A stretch of 63,850 nt of DNA, filler included, from Reclinomonas americana ATCC 50394 (Eukaryota), in assembly GCA_048213135.1 (NCBI GenBank). It is 19 parts of 19 records of this genome, joined end to end, with 100 filler letters (N's around TTAATTAATTAA, not from the genome) between each part and the next. Parts side by side here need not be neighbours in the genome. Positions count along the whole stretch, not along the records: positions 26,190 to 29,127 come from AFZH01022362.1; positions 29,228 to 30,611 come from AFZH01022363.1; positions 30,712 to 32,528 come from AFZH01022364.1; positions 32,629 to 33,965 come from AFZH01022365.1; positions 34,066 to 40,775 come from AFZH01022366.1; 14 more parts are not named here. One strand, 5' to 3'. The notes below the pieces were generated by a model that had not been told where the DNA came from, did not search any database, and saw only the letters and a program-made list of their open reading frames with translations. Below are positions 26,090-38,130 of this stretch, piece by piece. Positions within the stretch are counted from its first letter, which is position 1. Each line of letters opens with the position of its first letter. The translations under genes and the position numbers were made by a program.

Positions 26090-26189
26090 NNNNNNNNNNN
26101 NNNNNNNNNNNNNNNNNNNNNNNNNNNNNNNNNTTAATTAATTAANNNNNNNNNNNNNNNNNNNNNNNNNNNNNNNNNNNNNNNNNNNN

Positions 26190-26971
26190 CTGGAAACTTT
26201 TTCTGTCTCGCCATCACCCCCGACAGTCTGCACGTGGTGAGCGGAAGTGGTGGCGATTGTGTGCTGGTGCGGTCGCTGGCGAGTGGGAAAGAGGTGCGTC
26301 GATTGGAGGGGCACACTGCCTCTGTGATGTCAATTGCTGTTACTTTCGACGGGCAGTACGTGGTGAGTGGGAGTTTTGACCAGACAGTGCGCGTGTGGTC
26401 GCTCGCGAGTGGCGAGGAAATGCGACGGATGGAGGGACACACTGACATGGTGGGGTCTGTTGCTGTCTCACCCGATGGTCTGTTTGTGGTGAGTGGCAGC
26501 TATGATCGCACAGTGCGCGTGTGGTCGCTGAAGAGCGGAGATGAGGCGCGCCGGTTGGAGGGTCACACTGGGTGGGTGCGAGCAGTTGCTGTCACACCCG
26601 ATGGTCAGTTCGTTGTCAGCGGGAGCAATGACGACACTGTGCGTATCTGGTCACTGGCGAGTGGCAAAGAGGTGCGACGTCTGGCAGGCGACATTGGTTT
26701 TGTAATGTCTGTGGCTGTCGCTCCCGACGGGCAGCACATTGTTTGTGGTGGCGTGGACGTGCATGTGTGGTCCACACCTTGCGGCCTCGCCAGGTTTGAG
26801 GTGGACGCTGCACGCTCGGCAATGCTCGCCGTGCAGCAGCTGCAAGCGGAGGAGAGCGGTGAGGAAGCGGATCGCCGCTGCCTGCCAGAGCAAGTGCTGC
26901 GGTGCTTTATATTGGAGGAGGCCAGTATGTTGCTCTTCCGCTGCGGCGCGGATCCCCTGCTGCACCTGTGA
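26190..26971 (+). CDS. WD40-repeat protein, plus array copy 1 (5'-truncated by gap)
   Basis: GH..V.S.A..PDG..VVSGS.D.TVRVWS repeats plus the tail DRRCLPEQVLRCFILEEA..FRC. Confidence 0.95.
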
Positions 26972-27113
26972 GGTCTTTGGGGGGGAGTAATGAAGTGTTG
27001 TTGGAGAAGAAGGCGGGGTTGAAACGTCGAGACAGTCCCACTCTCCTCTACAACTTCGTTCATTCGTCTCACACGCAAGCACACCCTCTCATCCCCTCCC
27101 CCCCCCCCCCCCA

Positions 27114-28205
27114 ATGTCTTTCGCTCATCCCTCAGTACTCATCTGTAGAACTGTGCGTGGACACACTGCATGTGTGACGTCAGTTGCCGTCACTCCCGAC
27201 GGTCAGCATCTCGTGAGTGGTAGCTGTGACAGGACAGTGTGTGTGTGGTCACTGGTGAGTGGAAGGGAGGTGCGACAACTGGAGGGACACACGCGCGCGG
27301 TGCATTCTGTCATCGTCACTCCCGACGGCCAGTACATTGTGAGTGGGAGTGTCTTCGGAAAAATTCTAGTGTCGTCACTGGAGAGTGGCGACGAGCGACA
27401 GATGGATTTCGCTGGGGATGAGTGTTGTCTCGCCATCACCCCCGACAGTCTGCATGTGGTGAGCGGAAACCGTGGCGATTGTGTGCTGATGCGGTCGCTG
27501 GCGAGTGGGAAAGTAGTGCGTCAATTGGAGGGACACACTGCCTCGGTAAAGTCAGTTGCTGTTTCACCCGATGGCAAGCACGTGGTGAGTGGCAGTGAAG
27601 ACCAGACAGTGCGAGTGTGGTCACTCGCGAGTGGCGAGGAAATGCGGCGGATGGAAGGGCACAATGCCTCGGTGATGTCTGTTGCTGTCTCACCCGATGG
27701 TCTGCATGTGGTAAGTGGCAGCTATGATCGCACAGTGCGCGTGTGGTCGTTGTCGAATGGTGAAGAGGTGCGGCGAATGGATGGTCACACTGGACGGGTG
27801 CGAGCAGTTGCTGTCACTCCCGACAGTCAGTATGTCGTCAGCGGGAGCGAAGACAGGACTGCGCGAGTGTGGTCACTGGCGAGTGGCAAAGAGGTGCGAC
27901 GGCTGGAGGGATACACTGACTGGGTGCGATCAGTCACAGTTTCTCCCGATGGGCAGCACCTGGTGAGTGGCGGCGACGTGGACGTGCGAGTCTGGTCCAC
28001 ACCTTGCGGCCTTGCTCAGTGCGAGGAAGATGCCGCTCGGTCGGCCATGCTCGCCGTGCAGCAGCTGCAGCGAAAGAGAGCGGAGGAGAGCGGCGTGGAA
28101 GAAGATCGCCGATGTTTGGTGGAGATGGTGCTGCGGTGCTTCGTTGTGGAGGATGCAGAGGCGTCATTCTTCCGCTGCCGCGCGAGTCCCCTGCTGCACC
28201 TGTGA
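27114..28205 (+). CDS. 7-bladed WD40 protein, plus array copy 2 (363 aa, intronless)
   Basis: Starts MSFAHPSVLICRT; seven WD repeats; tail DRRCLVEMVLRCFVVEDAE..FRC. Confidence 0.97.
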   Translation: MSFAHPSVLICRTVRGHTACVTSVAVTPDGQHLVSGSCDRTVCVWSLVSGREVRQLEGHTRAVHSVIVTPDGQYIVSGSVFGKILVSSLESGDERQMDFAGDECCLAITPDSLHVVSGNRGDCVLMRSLASGKVVRQLEGHTASVKSVAVSPDGKHVVSGSEDQTVRVWSLASGEEMRRMEGHNASVMSVAVSPDGLHVVSGSYDRTVRVWSLSNGEEVRRMDGHTGRVRAVAVTPDSQYVVSGSEDRTARVWSLASGKEVRRLEGYTDWVRSVTVSPDGQHLVSGGDVDVRVWSTPCGLAQCEEDAARSAMLAVQQLQRKRAEESGVEEDRRCLVEMVLRCFVVEDAEASFFRCRASPLLHL

Positions 28206-28331
28206 GGCCTTTGGGGGGAAGTAATGAAGTGTTGTTATAGAGAAGAAGGCGGGGTTGCAACGTCGAGACGGTCCCATGATCACTCGTTCATCCATCTTCT
28301 CGCACGCATACACACCCCCTCATCCTTCCAA

Positions 28332-29589
28332 ATGTCTTTTGCTCATCCCTCAGTACTCTTCTGTAGAACCCTGCGCGGTCACAGGCGCACGGTGCATTCT
28401 GTCGCCATCACTCCCGACGGCCAACAAATCGTCAGTGGAAGCAATGACAAGACAGTGCGTGTGTGGTCGCTGGCGAGCGGCGAAGAAGTGCGTCGTCTGG
28501 AGGGACACACACGCGGGGTGTGCTCCGTCGTCGTCACTCCCGACGGCCAGCACATTGTGAGCGGAGGTGACGACAAGACAGTGCGAGTGTGGTCAGTGGC
28601 GAGTGGCAAAGAGGTGCGACAGATTGCTTTCACTGCGGACTTGTGCTGTCTCGCCATCGCCCCCGACAGCCTGCACGTGGTGAGCGGAAGTGGTGACGAC
28701 TGTGTGCGGCTGTGGTCACTGGCGAGTGGAAAATGTGTTCGACGGTTGAAGGGACACACGAACTGGGTTCTGTGCGTGGCTGTCACACCCGATGGTCAGT
28801 ACGTGGTGAGTGGGAGTGATGACTGCACAGTGCGAGTGTGGTCTCTGGCCACTGGCAAGGAAATGCGACGGATGGAGGGGCACACTGCCTCGGTGGTGTC
28901 TGTGACTGTCTCACCCGATGGTCTTTACGTGGTGAGTGGCAGCGCTGATTACACAATGCGCGTGTGGTCGTTGTCGAGTGGTGAAGAGATGCGACGGTTG
29001 AAGGGTCATGCTGACTGGGTGCGATCTGTCGCCGTCACTCCCGATGGTCAGTTCCTCGTCAGCGGGAGCGACGACAAGACAGTGCGTGTGTGGTCGCTGG
29101 CGAGTGGCGAAGAGGTGCGACGTCTGANNNNNNNNNNNNNNNNNNNNNNNNNNNNNNNNNNNNNNNNNNNNTTAATTAATTAANNNNNNNNNNNNNNNNN
29201 NNNNNNNNNNNNNNNNNNNNNNNNNNNGACAGTGTTCGTCTTCTCTTCCCTCTCAAGTGAACTCGAGCGGGCAACAAGTGCGGCGATTGAAAGGTCATGC
29301 GGATGTGGTGCAGTCGGTCACCGTCAGTCCCGACGGGTCGCTCTTGGTGTCGGGGAACTGGGACGGGTCAGTGCAGGTGTGGTATACGCCGTGTGAGCAC
29401 GCGCGTCGAGAACTCCGCCTGGCGCGAATGGCGTGGGGGGCCGTGCGGGAGCTGATGGAGGACGAGAAGGAAGAAGACGAGGAGGATGATTCGCGCTGCT
29501 TGCCAGAGATGGTGTTGCGGTGTTTCCTTGTCGAGGATGCTGCCGTCGTTCTCCACCGGTGCTTTGCGAATCCCGACATGCACTTGTGA
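28332..29589 (+). CDS. WD40 protein, plus array copy 3 (interrupted by gap 29128-29227; the part after the gap may be a fourth copy)
   Basis: Starts MSFAHPSVLFCRT at 28332; after the gap, the last blade and the tail DSRCLPEMVLRCFLVEDAA. Confidence 0.9.
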
Positions 29590-29597
29590 TTGGTGCT

Positions 29598-31700
29598 CTA
29601 CATACAATACAGACACGTTGCTTTTACAATCATTGCTTCAGTCTCTTCAAAATGTTGCGAATATCTTCTTGCGGGCCGCCACTCGTGACCGGCAACGAGT
29701 CCTTTGGCTGCGACTGCACCCACTGTCGCCCCTGCACAATAGACGACAGAAGAATGTCGACTGCGGGACGAGGGATGAGTGTTGGACTTTGCCTTTCCCT
29801 CCTCCACATCACACGCACCTTCCATGTCGACCTGGTTCACTTCCTTGGTCAGCAACGCGAGCCGCTCCGACAGCTTCTTCAACGTCGGAATTACAGTCGT
29901 GCGCAGCTCCTCGCCCTGCCCCTCCAGCTGCGCGAGAGGATGAGAAGTGACGCGCAGCTGCGCAATCGACCACCACCAGCAAGACAAACCTCTGCTCGCA
30001 CGCTGGAGAACCCGTAGTCTTCCTCGGTGCGTTTCTGTGTGCCATGCATAAGCGACAGCACAGAGCCGCGCAACTGGTCCTCCGATGTCTCGGCCATCTG
30101 TGAGGGGGAGATTTTTTCAATCAGCGCACGCAAAGCACTCAGCATAAGTCGCCGCACGAGCACGCAACATGGCGCAGCGAGTCCATCTTGGTGCGGTTCT
30201 CCCGGAAGCCCGCCATGGCGTGCCCGGCGGCGAAGGCCACCTTGACAGCGTGCGCGCGCACATCCTTTTGCATGTTGGTGTACCGCTCCATAAGCTCGGT
30301 GCGCGGCTTCAGCATCCAGTCGTGCACCAGCCTCATGTAGTCGACCTTGATCTGCGGCGGCTCCACCACTACCGAGCTCTGCCGGGCGGCGGCGTGCGGT
30401 CGACCCGCTTGCTGGCGCCGCTTGCGCAGGCTGGCGACAATGGCGGAGGGGTCGGGGATGGGAATGGTTTTGATGGCGGCGCTGAGCGTGGTGATGCGCT
30501 CGGGGGTCCAGCGCAGTTCCTCTTCCATGTTCTGCGGAGGGGGGAAGGGGGGAAAAGGAGAACAGTGGGGTGAGGGAGGAGGGCGAGGAAGAGGATGGGG
30601 GAGAGGATGGGNNNNNNNNNNNNNNNNNNNNNNNNNNNNNNNNNNNNNNNNNNNNTTAATTAATTAANNNNNNNNNNNNNNNNNNNNNNNNNNNNNNNNN
30701 NNNNNNNNNNNGAAGAGAAGGGGGAAGAGAGGGGGAAGAGGAAGGGAGGAGAGAAGGGGAAGGGCGAGGAAGAGAGGTCAGGGCAACGGAAAAGGAAGAG
30801 GGAGAGAAAGGAAACGAGAAAGTCGAGCAAAAAGGGAAAGAAAGTGGAAGATTGTCGACAGTGCAAGACTGAGGGCGAGAACAAAAAAAAGATTCGAGAG
30901 GGAGGCGACGAGAAGATGACACCTGCAGACAACCAGGCGAGGGATGTGGACAGTTCGGTGAGATAAGAGCGACTGAGCATGAGGTTAAGTGAGAGAGTGG
31001 GAAATCATGAAAGAAAAGTCATCTCAATAAGTTCGACCCTCTCCCTGGTCACGCACATCCAACGACTCCAGCATGGACTCTAGTCTCTGATCATGCCACT
31101 TGAGCAGCTCCATCGCAGTGGTGACCAGCGAGCTGTGCGACAGACCCAGCACCGGTGCCGCCTCCGAATCCTCCGATCCACCGTTGTTGCTGCTGTTGTT
31201 GCGACGACGCGACGCCGCACGACTGCCGACGGCCTGCTCGTGATGGTGCACCACCACCAGCTGCGTGAGGCCAGCCACCTGCAGCTCCTGAGCCAGAATC
31301 TGATATTCACACAGCTTTTCCGGCTTGCCAATGCGTGACGCCAGATTGTTGTAGCACACAAAGCTGGGGCGCACACGCTGCAGCTGTCGCATGGCGGCGA
31401 CGGCATTGTCGACTGTCAGCGCTGTGACGTGAGCCAGCGCACTCTTCATGGAGGCGGGGGCCACTGAGCCGCGCAGCTCCACCTCAATCACATGCGCTGT
31501 GAGCGGCGAGGCGACAGACGGTGCCAGGCGCCAGTGCGGGGCGGATGTCTCGATTTTCATCGCCCATGGACTCTCCTCTGTGCTCGAAAAGGTGGGTGTG
31601 GGGGAGCAGGAGGGGAAGGGATAAGGGGAAGAGACCTTCGTTGACGTTGAGTAGTTGCACGGGCGCTTCCACAATGGTCTCAATGTCGGCCTCGAGGTCG
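29598..31700 (-). CDS. Multi-exon hypothetical helical protein spanning gap 30612-30711
   Basis: Same-strand exons 31024-31580, 30139-30528, 29891-30163 and 29820-29960 with pyrimidine-rich introns. Boundaries approximate. Confidence 0.45.
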
Positions 31701-32122
31701 CCGAGTGGGTCGATTCTGGATGTGGGGATAGGAAGGGAGGAAGGGGGACGGAGGAAGATCTTTCAGAACTCGGAAAGACAGGAAGATGCAAAGGGTGGAG
31801 GAGAGAACGTCAATAAGAGAGAGAAAGGGGAGAGAGTAGAAAGTGAATCATTGCAAGGCAAAGAGAAGAGAGAGAAGAGAGAGAGGAGAAAGAGAGTGAG
31901 GAGAAGTAAATGTGTCTTTCTGAATCTCCACTCACGCAACTCATCACTCGCCACCACCACACACGCACACCACACAACCACCAAACACACAAACCACCCC
32001 ACTTTTCTCCTCATTCACTCCAAAAAAAAACAAACACAGAGGCGTAACGGTCACGAAATTTCGTGGCCAACCAACCACCAACTCTCACTCACTCCACTCA
32101 CTCCAAAGCACAAGAAGAATCG

Positions 32123-32438
32123 ATGAGCGAGGCAGGAGGAAGCACGCGCGCTGCCGTGGCCAACGCCAGTGACGTGTTACAGCAATTGGCCACGGCAATG
32201 CAGTTCTTACAACAACAACAACAACAGCAACAAGGAGGAAGTCGATTGATGGAGTCTTCTTCGTCGTCAGCGGCAATGACGACTGCGGCTGCGGCGTTGG
32301 CGTTGGTGGCGGAGGCCGGGGATGAGTTTGCGGCGGAGGAGTATATGTTGAGTAGAGGAAAAGGGGAGGAAAAGGGGGGTAGATGGGGATGAGAATGGGG
32401 CGTTGTTCCGAAGCACGTGCCGGTTATGTTTTGTGTGT

Positions 32439-32504
<66 letters not shown>

Positions 32505-33872
32505 GTGTGTGTGTGTGTGTGTGTGTGTNNNNNNNNNNNNNNNNNNNNNNNNNNNNNNNNNNNNNNNNNNNNTTAATTAATTAANNNNNNNNNNNNNNNN
32601 NNNNNNNNNNNNNNNNNNNNNNNNNNNNTTTGCGCATTCGTCTGTCCTCCTCATTGGCAGCCTTTCTGAGCACCTTGTTCGCTTTCTCTTGACGACGCTG
32701 CGCGTGAATGTGGAACATGCTGTCCGTTCACACCTGTGTCTTCTTCGTCTTGATTGCGTCTTATTTTTGTTCATTTATCCTTTTTGTGGACGAGGTCTCC
32801 ATCCCTGTGCGGTGCTCACGTGTCCATCTGTCCTTGTTGCAACTTTCTGCGTGCATCTTCACGTCTTGCTGTGCGTGCCTTTATCCACCCTATGATTGTA
32901 TTTCCCGTGCTTGCAGCACGCGTGTGTGGACGAGATCTCCATCCCTGTGCGGTGCTCACGTGTCCGTCAGTCCTTGTTGTAACTTTCTGCGTGCATCTTC
33001 ACGTCTTGCTCTTGTCCACTCTGTAATTGCGTCCACCATGCTTGCTGCGCGCGTGTACGTGAACGACACCTCCATCTACTAGAGCCATCGTGCTCTTTGT
33101 CGATGCAAACGTGTTGACCCTTGCTGGGGTCCCTGGCTCATCTCCTCCTCTTCTGTGCTCGTTCTACATCGTGATTTGCGCATTTGTCTGTCCTATTTCC
33201 TCGCTATCTACCCCTTTTTCGCTCACCTCCTTCTCCACAGACACGCCACGCCGCCGAATTGCAGGCCTACTTCAACAAACTGCAACTGCAAATGTCGCGC
33301 CCGAAACCCTCCTCGGAGCTCCTCAACATGCGGCGCATCGAAGAGGCACTGGCCAAGCAGAAAAAGTACTCGGAGGCCGCCGACATGAAGACAAAGGCGG
33401 AGGCACTGGAGAAGCTAGAGATCGAGGGGCACGAACAGGAGCGTGCGGAGCGCATCACCAAGTTGACGAGAAGAATGGTGGCCCGTCAAAAACTCGGTTT
33501 GTCGATGCGAACGTGTCGATCCTTGCTGGGGGTCCCTGGCTCATCTTCTCTCGGTTTTGTGCTCTCGCAGAGTTGGTGGCCGTGGATCAGCGCATTCAAA
33601 GTGGACGAGCTGAGCAGGAGAAGTTCCGACAGCAAGACATGCAGCGGTTAGCACGGCGCTACCACAACATCAAGCAGGGTCTGGTGGCGGCGCAGAATAT
33701 TGAGCGGGCACGAACGGATGCGTTTTTGGCGAAGCATCATCGGCGGTTGGATGAGCAGATGCCGGGGGCAGTGTCGGGTGAGTAACAGCAAGAGAGAGGG
33801 AGGGAGGGAAGGCGGGTGAGGGAAAGGGGAGGGCGAGAGTCCTTGGCGTTGATGGCGATAGGAGAGAGAGAA

Positions 33873-33917
<45 letters not shown>

Positions 33918-35514
33918 CGACGAGGAAGAACGTAGAGACGGAGAGAGCGAGAAGAACGAGAGAAGNNNNNNNNNNNNNNNNNNNNNNNNNNNNNNNNNNN
34001 NNNNNNNNNTTAATTAATTAANNNNNNNNNNNNNNNNNNNNNNNNNNNNNNNNNNNNNNNNNNNNAGAGAGAGAGCGAGAGAACGAGCGAGCGAGGCGGC
34101 AGTTTGGCGAAGCGACGATTGTGACACAGCCTTCATCCTGCACGAGGCAGGGAACAGCACAAAACTTGAGAGGCGAGAGAACGAGCGAGTGAGACGGCAG
34201 AATTGCGAAGCGACAATTGTCACAGAGCCTTCAAGGCACGGAACAGCACAAATTTGAGAGGCGAGAGAGAGAGAGAGATTGTATGAGAGTGAGCGAAAAA
34301 GACGGCGGACAGCACGATTTAGATCGCGTGCTCTGAAAGCCAAGTGTGTTTTGGTTTTTTAGACGAGTGAGGCAAACAGACAGATGAAGATTGCATTCAC
34401 GAGAGACGCATGTGTGGGTCTGCACGTCGTTTCATCAGAAAGCACTTAGATCGGCGGAGTTTCGATGGCGGAAAATGCGGGAGAAAGAGTTCATGAATCA
34501 GACTGGCGCATGTCGCAAGGATGCTTGAGAAGGCAGTGCATTAGATCCCAGTTTCTTTTCTCCCCTTTCCGCTCCTCTCTAACCGTTCTCCACGGTCTGT
34601 CTTCCTCCTCTTCTCATCTCTCCTTCCTTCTCTTCTCCTCCTTCTGCTCATTCTCTTCATTTCCCCTCCTTTCTTTCCCCCCCCCCCAGCCTCCTTCGAC
34701 CCCGCCTCCACGGCATCCGCCGTCGCTTCGGCCACTGGCGGAAAATCGGGCGGTGGCGGCCCCGGCAGCCTCTTCCCGGCTCTCGCTACACCCTCCGGTT
34801 CCACACCTGCTCCGTCAGTGACAGTAACCACGGCCGACAACTCGGCCGGCGCCTCACCGAATCCCTTCCAGCGAGCACAGAGTGTGGAAGCGCTGCTCAT
34901 TGCCGCCGCGGCTCAGGCGGCCGCCGGTGGCGATAGCACGTTACTGCCGTTGAGCAGCGCACCTCAAGGCAGCGGCGCCTCGGCGGCTCGCTCGGGCTCC
35001 TCTTTTTCGGCTCTCTCGGCCGTGTACGGGGCCGACGCCGCCAATGGTCCGCGCACCACGTCGACCACACCGCACTCGACCAAACGAAATCGCGGCGCTG
35101 CGGATATGCCAGCTGTCTCGGCGGCAACGGCGGCGGCCACGGGCAGTGGGCGCAATTCGACTGATGCGCGAGGCAAGGCCACGACGCCGACTGTTGCGTG
35201 CGACGGGCGAATGGAGAGAGGAAAGGGGTGATGAAGATGCTGACGGTAGGTGCGCAGGTCCCCAAGCTGTCGATGAAGGAAGCAGTTGCTGTGTACGGCA
35301 AGTCATCATCATCGTCATCCAGTGCGCGCCGGGCATATGCGGCAAGGTGAGATTACTGTCCGACTGGGGGAAAGTGTACTGTCAGTGTTTATTTCTCACT
35401 CTCGTCGTACGCTGTTGTAGAACTGCGTCGGCCAGGGAACCGTCTTCGGGCGACGTTGTACCTGGTCCGCCTCCAGCCGCCTCATCACGGCCTGCACCAA
35501 AGACGGCACGGTAG
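32123..35514 (+). CDS. Conserved protist coiled-coil protein (multi-exon, spans two gaps)
   Basis: ATG 32123 (MSEAGGSTR..). Exon RPKPSSELLNMRRIEEALAKQKKYSEAADMKTKAEALE resembles a coiled-coil family I recall from ciliates and flagellates. Assignment of the 3' exons at 34690-35514 to this gene is inferred. Confidence 0.5.
32785..33010. repeat. Intronic direct duplication (~85-bp core, ~140-bp period)
   Basis: TGTGGACGAG.TCTCCATCCCTGTGCGGTGCTCACGTGTCC...TCTTCACGTCTTGCT at ~32785 and ~32925. Confidence 0.85.
34077..34270. repeat. ~95-bp imperfect tandem duplication
   Basis: GAGAGAACGAGCGAG..GGCAG..GCGAAGCGAC.ATTGT..AGCCTTCA..GGAACAGCACAAA.TTGAGAGGC occurs twice. Confidence 0.75.
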
Positions 35515-35652
35515 CCGTGAAAGTGTGCGGCTAAACATAATTACTCGATGCATTAGGAGCAGAGAGCAAACAAAGGGAGTGAGCGGTGTAGGTGATGGGG
35601 GTGGTGGTGGTACACTGTTGTTTTTTTATCCAGTGAAAGTGGGGCATGTTTG

Positions 35653-36720
35653 TCAATCGCCTGCTGCGGAAGAGTGCCGGAAGAGCATCGCCTCTGCATC
35701 CTCGACGATGAAGCACCTCAGCACAATCTCCACCAGGCAGCGGCGATCTACTTCCTCCTTCTCCTGTAGCTCCTGCACGGCGACCATGGCCCGATGTACG
35801 CAGTCGACTTCTTGTCGCGCGAGACCAAGCGGCGTCGACCACACTCGCACCGTCATGTCTAGACTCCCACTGACGACGTGTTGCCCGTCTGGACTCACGG
35901 TCACCGATCGCAAGCTGTCAGTGTGCCCCTCCAACCGCTGCATCTCCTCGCCACTTGCCAGTGACCACACACGCACTGTTTCGTCGCGACTCCCGCTCAC
36001 AATGTGCAGACCACTGGGGGTGGCAGCCACAGATAACACGGCGTCGGTGTGCCCGACGAATCGTCGCACCTCTTGCCCACTCGCCAGGGACCACACACGC
36101 ACTGTCATGTCCAAACTCCCACTCACAGCGTGCTGGCCATCGGGAGTGGCAGCGACAGCGTACACCCATCTGGTGTGACCCTCCATTCGTCGCACCTCCT
36201 CTCCACTCGCCAGTGACCACATTCGCACGCAGTTGTCCATAATCCCACTCACTACGTGCTGACCGTCGGGAGTGACGGCAACTGACGTCACTGGTGCGCG
36301 ATGGCCTCTCAAACGTCTCACCACCTTGCCACTCGCCAGGGACCACACCGCCAACTCAAACCCTCTGCTCACCACAAGCAGACCATCGCAAGTGACGGCA
36401 ACGGACCGCACGTTTTCGGCGGCTCCTTCCAACCGTCGGACTTCTGCCCCACTCTCCATTGACCACACACGCACTGTGTGGTCATCACTCCCACTCACCA
36501 CGTGCTTTCCATCGGGAGTGACAGCAACAGATTTCACAACTTTTGTGTGTCCCTCCAGCCGTTGCACTTGCTCTCCACTCGCCAGTGACCACACGCGCAC
36601 TGTCTTGTCATGACTACCACTTATAATGTGCTGACCATCGGGAGAGACGGCGGCCGACCACACTCCTTCGGTGTGTCCACGCAGTACCTTGCAGTGGAGG
36701 GTGGAGGTGGCGAGTGACAT
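35653..36720 (-). CDS. 7-bladed WD40 protein, minus array (355 aa)
   Basis: MSLATSTLHCK start, 7 WD repeats, tail VDRRCLVEIVLRCFIVEDAEA. Confidence 0.97.
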   Translation of the reverse strand: MSLATSTLHCKVLRGHTEGVWSAAVSPDGQHIISGSHDKTVRVWSLASGEQVQRLEGHTKVVKSVAVTPDGKHVVSGSDDHTVRVWSMESGAEVRRLEGAAENVRSVAVTCDGLLVVSRGFELAVWSLASGKVVRRLRGHRAPVTSVAVTPDGQHVVSGIMDNCVRMWSLASGEEVRRMEGHTRWVYAVAATPDGQHAVSGSLDMTVRVWSLASGQEVRRFVGHTDAVLSVAATPSGLHIVSGSRDETVRVWSLASGEEMQRLEGHTDSLRSVTVSPDGQHVVSGSLDMTVRVWSTPLGLARQEVDCVHRAMVAVQELQEKEEVDRRCLVEIVLRCFIVEDAEAMLFRHSSAAGD

Positions 36721-36894
36721 TGGTTAGCGCGCAACGAAGGGAGAGGGACGGAGAGTGCGGAGCAACGGGACATGAAGTTGTCGTTCTCTGCTTTCGTAAC
36801 AACAACAAGGTGCGTGGCGTTTCATTGCATACACAAAGACAGGAGAGAAGAGAAAAGCGACGGCGAAGAAAGAGAAAGCCGGTCGACTTCGGAA

Positions 36895-37965
36895 TCACAA
36901 TCGCAAGCAGCGGAACCGAGTTGCCTCCGCCTCTTCAACAATGAAGCACCTCAGCACAATCTCCACCAGACAGCGGGGATCAACCTCCTCCCCTTCCTTC
37001 TCCTTCTCCTCCTGCATCTCCTGCACGGCAAGCAACGCCGAGCGAGCGGCTTCCACTTCCCACCGGGCAAGACCGAGCGGCGTGGACCACACACGCACCG
37101 CCTTGTCCACACTCCCACTGACAATATGCTGCCCGTCGAAACTCACGGCAATAGACCTTACAGCATCCGTATGTCCATCCAGCTGTCGCACTTGCTCTCC
37201 ACTTGCCAGCGACCACACACGCACCGTACCATCAAAGCTGCTACTCACAACGTGTTCGCCATCGGGAGTCACAGCCACAGACAGCACCATGTCAGTGTGC
37301 CCCACAAGTCGTCGCACTTCGTCCCCGCTCGCCAGTGACCACAGCCGCACTGTGTAGTCTCCACTCCCGCTCACCACGTGCTGACCGTCGGCAGTGACGA
37401 CGAGAGACACCAGAGGTGCAGCGTGTCCCTCCATCCGTCGCACCTCTTCGCCACTGGCTAGTGACCACATACGCACAGTGCAGTCGCGGCTCCCACTCAC
37501 AACGTGCTGGCCGTCGGGAGTGACGGCGACACAGTTCACCACACCGGCGTGTCCCTCCAACCGGCGCACCTTTTCTCCACTCGCCAGTGACCACACTATC
37601 ATCTCATAACCTCCACACACAATGTGCTGGCCATTGGGAGTGATGGCAACAGAGTGCACCAAATCAGTGTGCCCCCTCAACCATCGCACCCCCTGTCCAC
37701 TCGCCAGTGACCACACACGCACAGTCTTATCCCAGCTACCACTGAAAACGTGCCTGCCGTCGGGAGTGACAGCGAGAGATGCTACAACTCCAGTGTGGCC
37801 CTCCAATCGTCGCACTTGCTCGCCACTCTTTAACGACCACACGCGCACATTGCGGTCCTCACTCCCGCTCACCACGTGCAGACCGTCGGGAGTGATGGCG
37901 ACTGACCACAGCTCGGTGTGTCCACGCAACGTCTTGCAGTGGAGAGTGGAGGTGGCGAGTGACAT
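36895..37965 (-). CDS. 7-bladed WD40 protein, minus array (356 aa)
   Basis: Same architecture as neighbours, intronless. Confidence 0.97.
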   Translation of the reverse strand: MSLATSTLHCKTLRGHTELWSVAITPDGLHVVSGSEDRNVRVWSLKSGEQVRRLEGHTGVVASLAVTPDGRHVFSGSWDKTVRVWSLASGQGVRWLRGHTDLVHSVAITPNGQHIVCGGYEMIVWSLASGEKVRRLEGHAGVVNCVAVTPDGQHVVSGSRDCTVRMWSLASGEEVRRMEGHAAPLVSLVVTADGQHVVSGSGDYTVRLWSLASGDEVRRLVGHTDMVLSVAVTPDGEHVVSSSFDGTVRVWSLASGEQVRQLDGHTDAVRSIAVSFDGQHIVSGSVDKAVRVWSTPLGLARWEVEAARSALLAVQEMQEEKEKEGEEVDPRCLVEIVLRCFIVEEAEATRFRCLRL

Positions 37966-38130
37966 GGTTGGCGCGCGAGGGAGAGGGAGAGTGTCTGGAG
38001 GACGACAAGGAGCGGGACATTAAGTTTGTCGTTCTCTGCTTTCGTGCCGAGAGCAAGGTGCGTGGTGTTTCATTGCATATGTGCAGAAGGAAAGGAACGG
38101 AAGAGGATACGCCGGTCGACGTCGGAATCA

